Assembly (NCBI RefSeq): GCF_006345805.1
Contig: NC_043026.1
Coordinates: forward strand, 7,874,001-7,938,000
DNA length: 64,000 nt
Direction: 5' to 3'
Origin: Octopus sinensis
Taxonomy: Eukaryota
In this document: one piece after another, positions 50,173 to 61,000 of the stretch
Layout: every line of letters begins with the position of its first letter
How positions within the stretch are numbered: position 1 is the stretch's first letter
Program-made: the position numbers and the translations under genes
Notes under the pieces: model-generated
Told to the model about the DNA's origin: nothing
What the model saw: the letters and a program-made list of their open reading frames with translations, nothing else
The model's database searches: none

Positions 50173-51413
50173 TTATTATTATTATTATTATTACTACAGA
50201 AATTAGGTTCCAGACTAAATGACTTCCAGTATTTAGCTTTCGTCTTGTATGAGTTGAAATCGCACCCTGATCAAATTTACTTTTCATCCCGTTTTAGGCT
50301 CAACAACATAGGCCCCAGCCATATCTTTGGGGTGGGGGCTGAAACAATCTGCTATAAACCACTCATTCTTCCCTACATCTTTTTGGCCCTGTGCCAATCG
50401 ATGAAATTGTGTTTCGCTGCAATTCAGTTTGAACCCTTGACCTGGTTATTTACCATCTTGTCAATATTTTTATCTTCAAATCTCCATCAATGCAGCTTCA
50501 AGTGTCTTTGTCCTGTTTGTGTTGAGATGATGAAATTGAGACGACTGGATAGGTGGGAGTCATCTCTCCCTCTTGACCCTGGGGCAGAAATCCACACACA
50601 CACACTCACACACACTGCCTCTCTACTCTGGGGCAGAGACCTACTTATATACACATCACACCCTACTCTGGGATAAAACACTAAAGACTATAAAAGATAT
50701 GAACAAACCAAGTTAATTAATCCATGGAGGACACAGGTTGTGTTGTGTTTGTGCCGTGACACTTCGTTAAACCTACTTCGATATTTAATAAACAATCATG
50801 ATGATGATAAGAATTTAAGTAAAAACAGTTAAAAAAGATGAATTATGTTTTTTCTTTTCTGTGCTTGCTGACTTCCATTTGACTGTTTTTTTGTGTGTTT
50901 GTATCAGTTTCACTTGGTACTCTCAATATACAAGTACCTCATTTAGTACTCTTAGTATACAGGGACCTCACACCTCACCTGTGACTATCTTAGAATTGGC
51001 TTGTCATACCTACATAGTTTTCACTGCTAAAGTTTGTCGACCGTGTGTCAAGACTTGAATTTAATACCCCTGCAGGGAGTTTAACATAGTACTTTACTGA
51101 AAAGCCAATTTTATACACCTTGTTATGAAGGGCATCTAGCCATAAATGGTAACATTCTAATTGCATGTCTGTCATACTGGAGTCAAGATTTTTCCATGAG
51201 AAGTTGTTACTTGACTTAGTGAGACTCATTGATTTCCAATTTATGCACAGTGTCAGGTAATGTTCCTCCTTCAAAGGAGTAACATGCTGCTTGTATTCAT
51301 GATCAGAGGCGTAGCTAGGGCAAGCATCAAAATTGCGCCATGACTCCAAAAGTAAAAAGTGGAGACTTGCATAGAAAAAATAAATAACTGGTTTTAAAAA
51401 ATTGAAATAATAA

Positions 51414-51708
51414 TGTAGTCCTAGATACACTATGCCTGAATGAAATACGGGATGGTCACAGCTGGAACATCTTTGATGATATGTCTGCTGGATCAGACTG
51501 ACCTGGGGCTAAACAAGAAGAAGGCCACATTAGATATTGTAGTCCTAGATACACTTTGCCTGAATCAAAGACGGGATGGTCATAGCTGGAACATATTTGA
51601 TCATAGGTCTACTGGATCAGACTGACCTGCGGCTAAACAACAAGAAGGACACATTAGATATTGTAGTCCTAGATACACTATGCCCGAATCAAAGATGGGA
51701 TGGTCACA
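51414..51708. repeat. 124-bp tandem repeat, about 2.4 copies
   Basis: tgtagtcctagatacac at 51414, 51538 and 51662. Confidence 0.95.
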
Positions 51709-52293
51709 GAACACCAACAATAAGAAGAATAAAAACTGGTATTTCTAACATATCAAAATCATTTGTTATAACATCTGCCTTTTTTATGTTTGGATGGGAT
51801 TTATCTTGGATTGGGACAGATTCTCTACAGATGGATGCCCTTCTTGTTGCCAGCCTCACCTATTTCCAACCAATGTAATATTTTTGTGTGTGGCAAATAC
51901 TTAGGAGCAATAAACACTGAAAATGTGCAGAAAACAGCTTCTGTCACATGTCAGTGAGAAAAACTAGAAATATTTGATAGCTTCTGTTACCTAAGTGACC
52001 AAATCAGTAGTGATTTGAAGATAAAGAGACACAAATATGCATACACTCACACATGCACTTATGCATCTTTATCTCTTTGTGTGTGTGTGTGTATGTATAT
52101 ATATAGATAAACAAATATTCTATAATTATAAGCATAATTATAATCAGGGGTCAGCTAATTGCTTCACCACACACTGAATTTAGAAATAGGAGTTAAATGC
52201 CTTTTCTACTACCATAAAAGATCTCCCAGACATTAAACCACTTTTTTACGTAGGCAAAAATAAAAAAATAACGAATCCACACGACTCAGATTA

Positions 52294-52356
52294 GCTACAT
52301 ACGCATTTCGAGATTAAAGTTATTTTTACTTACTTATTTCTCATCTTCAGTGCAGC
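52294..52356 (-). ncRNA. Minimal type I hammerhead ribozyme motif (Penelope-type)
   Basis: Minus strand reads GCUGCA-CUGAAGA-U-GAGA...UCUC-GAAA-UGCGU-A-UGUAGC: 6-bp stem I, 4-bp stem II base, short stem III, GUA cleavage triplet. Confidence 0.75.
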
Positions 52357-52841
52357 ATTTCAAAATATAAATTTGAGAGTGTTAGGATTAAATATGTACA
52401 CGATCAAGCGTCATCGCATAGCCAATATTCAACCACTGTATAATTTTATCTATAAAGGTTTTTTTAACATACCGAACTACTTGGTAAAATTATTAATTAT
52501 TAATTAATTCATTGATTAATTAAGTAATCAATTTTCCCCATTTATTATTATTGAAATTATATATGGATATATATATGTATATATATATATATGTGTGTGC
52601 GTGTGTACATATATATATATATCATTATATATGAATATGTGTATGTATATATATATATATATGCATGTATGTGTGTATATATATATGTGTGTACATATAT
52701 ATATATATATATATATCATCATCATCATTGTTTAACATCCACTTTCCATGCTACCATGGGTTGGACAATTTAACTGAGGACTGGCGAACCAGATGGCTGC
52801 ACCAGGCTCCAATCTGATATATATATATATATATATATGTA

Positions 52842-53192
52842 CTTCTGCTTTTGAAGCACCCATGCCACTTGGAACATTGTGTACAACCCATTGCCTCATT
52901 GCCATAAGCTTGCCAAAGCATGCTCAATGTCTCTGTAGCAGACTTCCAAAGCTTAATGCAAAATTTCACGTTAGCTCTTTGTTCCAACTTCCTGTCCATA
53001 ACAAAAATCACAGACTACAGCATACACATGATCACAAAAACACAAATTTCACAACTTACAAAGTAAACGGTGATATCACTCAGCAGACTGCTTCATCAAG
53101 GTCACTGCTAGCTTTCACTATGCACACAACTGTGTGCTGCCATCTGTTGGCACACTACAGAACTAGTCTGGGAACTTTTCAATACATACATA
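52842..53192 (-). mobile_element. Mariner 5' fragment (left TIR plus transposase N-terminus)
   Basis: MDRKLEQRANVKFCIKL.KSATETL.ML.QAYG.EAM..TQC..W...FKS; TIR-like tgtattgaaaagttcccagact. Confidence 0.8.
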
Positions 53193-53786
53193 TACATATA
53201 TGATGGACTTGCTCAAGATCCTTTTCTGTTTCTATTAGAGGCTATGCTAATGTGACAATTAGAGTTGTAAAAGCATCAGATTAAATGCCTTGTGGTATTT
53301 TGTTCTATTTTTCTATATTTTGAATTCAAATCCCACCATGGCCAACACTGCCTTTTGCCCTTTCAAGTCAATAAAACAACTACAAATACAGGGCAGAGGA
53401 TTGGCAGAACAGTAAAAATGTTGAAACGAATTGCTTTTTGTGTTCTGAGTTTAAATCTCATCATGGCCCACTTGGGTGGACTTAATCTACTGCCCAGTGT
53501 AACACCACCATCTAGCACTTTGGGTTCCTTTGGAAGTGCCTACTCTATTACAAATACTCAAGCCAGGTCACTGCTTTGAGGATACTTTTCTTTCTCCCTC
53601 CCACCAGTCTTGGAACCCCTGTAAAAGTATCATGAGCCATGCCTTCCTTCTAGTCTAAAAAAAGGAGAAAAACTTTGTAACATAAATTGGAATCATGTTG
53701 GCAGACATGTAGAAGAGTTGGATAAATTAGGTACAAATCACCATAGAAACCAATAAAGGAAAGTGTCAATACATTAACTGCATTAC

Positions 53787-53933
53787 ATTTGCAATTTGGA
53801 TTTCCTCGAAAGAAGTGGCTCCTAATGTAATTGCAACATTCTCAGCAAATTTCTTGTAGGCATTCAATTTGTCCTCATGTTCTTTTGAAGTAAAATAATC
53901 AGCTGAAGACATTCCAAGGTCACCTTGATCAAT
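53787..53933 (-). pseudogene. Neprilysin/M13 metallopeptidase-like exon (IDQGDLGMSSADYF...LNAYKKFAENVAITLGATSFEEIQIAN)
   Basis: Polypyrimidine-ttttag acceptor, gtaatg donor, phase 0 to 0, 49 codons open. Resembles IDQ..LG....DY...AY......A..LGA...FE..LAN, but the spacer between LGA and FE looks shortened. Confidence 0.7.
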
Positions 53934-54087
53934 CTAAAAGGTAAGAGAAATAGAAGTATTTCAAAAGATTATAAATACAAAAGAAAAGCTAAAATTCACA
54001 CCAACAAACTCGGATGGTTTTTAATACCAGAGGAACTATAAGCATGAAATCCTTAAATATTGATGCATAACATAAGATCTTCTAAGC

Positions 54088-54277
54088 TTCTATAATTTAT
54101 AATTCACTTTCTCTTATGTCAGATGTTGAACCAAGGAGAAAGAAAAAATTGGTGGGGATGGTGATAGAAATAGTTCTCATAGTTTCATTTTAAGTACTAA
54201 CGTCCACAACTGCCACCTCCACATCTTGTTCCTTATATATTCAAGGTCTTCCATCATAAATAGCAAATTTGTTTGAT
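54088..54277 (-). pseudogene. Decayed preceding M13-like exon
   Basis: ttttcaag acceptor; a frameshifted GGWPVV-like stretch (ggaggtggcagttgtggac), *NET, and FF.L...SDIRES...II; stops present; donor would be GC. Confidence 0.45.
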
Positions 54278-54966
54278 CTTGAAAATAAGAGTTAACTAGG
54301 TGGTACAAATAAAAAGCATTTTATACAAAAAATTAATCCTAAGCTTTCTATAGTTTTATGTTAATGACAATGCTGAGAAGATTTGAAAGAAATTGTATCA
54401 ATATCTGGTCGAAAATAAACTGATTTAATCATTCAGACAAGTTGGGAACACACCTCTAAATTAATAATAATTGGAGCTGTGACAGTAAACATCCTCCATA
54501 CTTTTAACAGGGCCATTATCAAGAAAGATGAACGAAAATAGGTTTTCAAAATTTTTTAGAATGCCCTGTAAAGATATGTTGAAACGGTTCATTTTCGATC
54601 AAATATCGATACTGGGACAATTTTTTCCAAATCTATACAGCGTTGACTTAACCATGAAAATTGTGATTTAAGTTACATCCATTTTTGTCATGCACGTCAC
54701 GCCAGGTAAATGAGAATTGTGACTATGGACATTGTTGTCTAGCAAACTCATTAGCATTTTTTTAAATTTCAAGATCAACGTAAATAAAAACCATGAGATT
54801 ATTTTATTCAGCTCTGAAGAAATTCAGAGTAATTACCAATTAACATTTTCAGGTGAAAAAATGTTACTTAATGCGATGTCACATACATCACTCTTTCTGC
54901 ATCCCCTTAAAAAACTCATTATATATGCACCTTCATTTATATACATGCATATATATATATATATGC

Positions 54967-55000
<34 letters not shown>

Positions 55001-55002
<2 letters not shown>

Positions 55003-58000
55003 GAAATGATGTTAAATGACATGACGTTAAATAACATTAAATGACATGGCGGTAAATAACTTTACATGACGTAAAATGACATGGCGTTAAATTATGTTAA
55101 ATGACGGTAAATGACATGGTGTCAAATGACGTTAATGACATTAAATGACGTTAAATGACATGACGTGAAATAATTTTAAATGACATGACGTTAAATGAAG
55201 TTAAATGACATGACGTTAAAAAACGTTAAATGACATGGCGGTAAATAACTTTACATGATGTAAAATGACATGACGGTAAATGACGATGTCAAATGACGTT
55301 ATATGACATGATGTTTAATGACGGTAAATCTAGTTAAATGACATGACGCTAAATGAGGTTAAATGACGTTAAATTACATGACGCTAAATGATATTAAATG
55401 ACATGACAGAAAATGATGTTAAATGACATGACGTTATATTATGTTAAATGATGTAAAATGATTTTAAATGACATGAATTTAAATGATGTTAAATGATGTT
55501 AAATTACGTTACATGACAACGGTAAATGATATTACATGACGGAGAAGGTTTTTAAATGACATGACGTTATATGATGTTAAATGAAATGATGTTATATGAC
55601 ACTAAATGACGTTAAATTACGTTAAATAACATAAATGACATGACATTAAATGATGTTAAATGACATGACGTTAAATGATATGACGTTATAAGAATTCAAA
55701 TGACATGACGTTAAATGACATGACATTCTATAACATGACGTGAAATGACATGACGTTAAATGACATAACGTTAATTGACATGATGTTAAATTATATTAAA
55801 TGACATGACGTTAAATGAAATGACGTGACGTTATATGACGCTAAATGACGTTCAATTACGTTATGGACATGACGTTAAATGATGTTAAATGACATGACGT
55901 TAAATGGCGATAAATGACGTTAAATAGCATAACATTAAATGACATGAATTTAAATGATATTAAATGACATGACGTTAAAAGAATTCAAATGACATGATGT
56001 AAAATGAGGTTAAGTGACTTTAAATATCATGACGTTAAATGATTTTAAATGACATGACCTTAAATGACGTTAAATGAATTGATGTTAAATGAGATGACAT
56101 GACGTTAAAAGAATTCAAATGACATGACGTTAAATGAGGTGAAATCACATGACGTTCTACGACATGACGTAATACATGATATAGAAGGACGTTAAATGAC
56201 ATGACGTTAAATGATATTAAATGACATGACGTTAAATAACACGAAGTTAAATAACGTTAAATGACTTCGAATGACATGAGGTTAAATGACGTTATATGAC
56301 ATGACGTTAATTGTAGTTAATTGACATGACGTTAAATGACATGACGCTGCATGATGTGAAATGACGCTAATTGACATGACATTAACTGACATGACGTTAA
56401 ATAACGTTAAATGATGTTAAATAACATGACGTTAAATGACGATAAATGACGTTAAATAACATGACGTTATATTAGGTTAAATGGCGTATAATGACATGAC
56501 GTTAAATGACAATAAATAACGTAAAATGGCATGACGTTAAATGATGTAAAATGACGTTAAATGACAAGGCGTAAAATTACGTTAAATGACATAACGGGAA
56601 ATGACTTTACATGGCGTAAAATGACATTACGTTAAATAACGTTAAATGAAATGACGTAAAATGACATGACGTTCAACGACATGAAGTTAAATGACATGAC
56701 GTTAAATGACATGACGTTAAACGACGTTAAATGATGTTAAATGACATGACGTTAACTGACGTTAAATAGCGTTGAATGACATGACGTTATTTGACGTTAA
56801 ATGACATCAAATGACGTTAAATGACATAGCGTCAAATGGCATGACGTTCAATGAGGTTAAATGACATGACGTACAGTGACGTTAAATGAAGTTAAATGAC
56901 ATGACGCTAAATGACGTTAAATGACATGAAGTGAAAGGATTTTAATTACATGACAATCAATGACATTAAATGACATGACGTTAAATGACCTTAAATGACA
57001 TGACGTTAAATTACGTTAAATGACATGACGTTAAATAACGTTAAATGACGTAAAATGACATGACGTTAAATGACATTACGTTAAATGATGTCAAATGACG
57101 TAAAATAATATGACGTTTAATGACCTGGCGTCAAATGGCATGACGTTAAATGACATGACGTTAAATGAAGTTCAATGACATGATGCTAAATGACGTTAAC
57201 TGATATTAAATTACATGACGCTGAATGACGTTAAATGACATGACGTTATATCACGTTAAACGACGGTAAATGACATGACGTTGAATGACATTAAATGACA
57301 TGATGTGAAATGACATTAAATGAAATTAAATGACATGAAGTTAAATAACTTTAAATGACATGATGTTAAATGAAGTCAAATGACATGACGTTAAATGACA
57401 CGACATTAAATGACGTAAAATGTTATGACGTTAAATTACATGAAATGACATGACGTTACATGACATGACTTTAAATGACGTTAAATAACATGACGTTAAA
57501 TGACATGGCGTTAAATGATATTAAATGGCATGACGTTATATGACCTTAAATGACGTAACGTTAAATGACATGACGTTAAATGACTTTAAATGACATGACA
57601 TTAAATGACGTTAAATGATGTTAAATGATATGATGTGAAATGACGTTAAATGACATGACATTAAATGACGTTAAATGCCGTTAAATGACATGGCGTTAAA
57701 TTACGTTCAATGAATTAACGGTAAATGACTTCAAAGGACGTAAAATGACATGACGTTAAATAACATGACGTTGAATGACATGAGGTTAAATTACCTGACG
57801 TTAAATTAGATAAATGACGTTAAATGACATGACGCCAAATAACGTTAGATGAGGTTAATGACATGACGTTAAATGACGTTAAATAGCATTATGTTAAATG
57901 ACGTTAAATAACGTTTAATGATGTTAAATGACATGAAGTTAAATGACGTTAAGTGATGTTAAATGACCTGACGTTAAATGACGTTAAAGAACGTTAATTG

Positions 58001-61000
58001 ACATGACGTTAAATGACGTTAGATGACATGACGTTAAATAACGATAAATGACGTTAAATGACATGATGTTAAATCACATTATGTTAAATGACGTAAAATG
58101 ACATGACGTTAAATGACATGATGTTAAATGCCGTTATATGACATGACGTTAAATGACATGACGTTAAATGACATGATGTTAAATGGCGTTAAATGACATG
58201 ACATTAAATGACGTTAAATGACATGACGCTAAATGACGTTAAATGACATGACGTTAAATACCGTTAAATGATGTTAGATGATATGATGTTAAATGACATG
58301 ACGATAAATGACGTTAAATGTCGTTAAAAGACATGACCTAAAATAACTTTAAATGACGTTGACATTACGTTAAATGTCGTTAAATAACATGACGATAAGT
58401 GACATGACGTTCAATGACGTAAAATGACATAAGGTTAAATGACATGACGTTAAATGACGTTAAATGATGTTAAATGACGTTAAATGACCTGACGTTAAAT
58501 GACATAACGTTAAAGTTAAATGACTTTAAATGACATGACGTTAAATGACGTTAAGTGACATGACGTTCAATGGCGTAAAATGACATGACGTTAAATGACG
58601 TTAAATGATGTTAAATGACGTTAAATGACCTGACGTTAAATAAAGTTAAATTACTTTAAATGACATGACGTTAAATGACGTTATATGACGTTAAATGACA
58701 CGACGTTAAATGACGTGACGCTAAATGACATGACGTTAAATGATGTTAAATGACATGACGTTAAATGACGTTAAATGACATGATGTTATCTGACGCTAAA
58801 TGACGTTAAATAACTTGACGTTAAATGACATGATGTTAAATGACTTCATGGACAAGACATTAAATGACGTTAAATGATGTAAAATGATGAGGTGAAATGA
58901 CGTTAAATGCCGTGAAATGAAATGACGTTAAATGATGTAAAATGATATGAAGTGAAATGACGTTAAATGCCGTGAAATGAAATTACGTTAACTGACGTTA
59001 AATGACATGACGTTAAATAACGTAAAAGGACGTTAAATGACATGACGAAAAACGAGGTTAAATGACATGACGTCAAATAACGTTAAATGACGTGAAATGA
59101 CATGACGTTAAATGACATGATGTTAAATGACCTTAAATAACGTTTAATGACGTTAAATGACATGAAGTTAAATGACTTGAGGTTAAATGACGTTAAATGA
59201 TGTTAAATGACATGACGTTAAATGACATGACATTAAATGACGTTAAATGACATGACGTTAAATAACGTTAAATGACGTGAAATGACATGATGTTAAATGA
59301 CGTTAAATGACGTTGAATGACATGTTGTTAAATGATGTCAGATGACGTTAAATAACATGACGTTAAATGACAAAGCGTCAAATGGCATGACGTTAAATGA
59401 CCTTAAATGACGTTAAATGACATTACGTTAAATGACGTTAAATGATGTCAAATGACGTTAAATAACATGACGTTATATGACGTTAAATGACAAAGCGTCA
59501 AATGGCATGCCGTTAAATGACGTTAAATGACACGACGTCAAATGACGTTAAATGAAGTTAAAGGACTTGGCGCTAGATGACGTTAAATAATGTTAAATTA
59601 CATGACGTTAAATGACATGACATTAATTGACATGACGTTATATGACGTTAAATGATATGATGTGAAATGACATTAAATGAAATTAAATGACATGACGTTA
59701 AGTAATGTTAAATGACATGACGTTAAATGAAGTTAAATGGTATGACGTTCAATGACGTTAAATGACTTTAAATAACGGTAAATGACATGACCTTTAATGA
59801 CGTTAAATGACCTGACGTTAAATGAGGTTAAATGACGTAAAATGTCATGACCTAAAATGACGTTAAATTACATGAAATGACATGACGTTGCATGACGTGA
59901 CGTTAAATGACGATAATTGACATGACGTTGAATGACGTTAAATGACATTACGTTAAATGTCGTTAAATTACCTGAAATGACATGGCGTTAAATGACGTTA
60001 AATGACATGACGTTATATGACGTTAAATGAAGTGACATGACATGACGTTAAATGGCATGACCTTAAATGACGTTAAATGGTGTTAAATGACGTGACGTTA
60101 AATGACGTGAAATTCCATGACGCTAAATGACGTTAAATGATGTTAAATGACATGACGTTAAATGAAGTTAAATGACATGACGCTAAATGACGTTAAATAA
60201 TAAGACGCTAAATAACGTTAAATGACACGACGTTAAATGATGTTAAATGACGTTAAATGACGTTAAAGTTATGACGTTAAATGACATTAAATGACTCCAG
60301 GTTAAATGACTATACATGACGTAAAATGACATGACGTTAAATGACCTTTAATGACATGTCGTTCAATGACGTAAAAGGACGTTAAATGACAAGACGTTAA
60401 ATGACATTAAATGACTCCAGGTTAAATGACTATACATGACGTAAAATGACATGACGTTAAATGACCTTTAATGACATGTCGTTCAATGACGTAAAAGGAC
60501 GTTAAATGACAAGACGTTAAATGACATTAAATGACATGACGTCAAATGACGTTAAATGACATGACGCTAAATGACGTTAAATGTCGTTAAATTCCGTTAA
60601 ATGACATGACGGTAAATGATTTTACATGACGTAAAATGACACGACGTTAAATAACGTTAAAAGACGTTAAGTGACATGACGTTCAATGACGACTTTAAAT
60701 GACGTTAAATGACATGGCGTTAAATGATTTTAAATGACGTTAAATGACATGACATTAAACGACGTTAAATGACGTTAAATGACATGACATTAAATGACGT
60801 TAAATGAGTGGACGTTAAATGACATGACGTTAAATTAAGTTAAATTACGTTAAATGACTTTAAATAACATGAAATTAAATGGCATTAAATGACAAGACAT
60901 TAAATGATGTTAAATGACGTTAAATGACATGACGTTTTATGACGTTAAATGACGTTAAAGTTACGACGTTAATTGACGTTAAAAGATGTGACGTTAAATG

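Noticed and set aside
50990-51430. 146-aa minus-strand ORF, considered as a further M13 exon (WLDA...KIGF)
   Set aside because: Similarity is too weak and the splice signals are unconvincing; left unassigned.
54400-54730. Possible Tc1/mariner ends (ttttttagaatgccctgTA)
   Set aside because: Only one plausible terminus and no transposase sequence.
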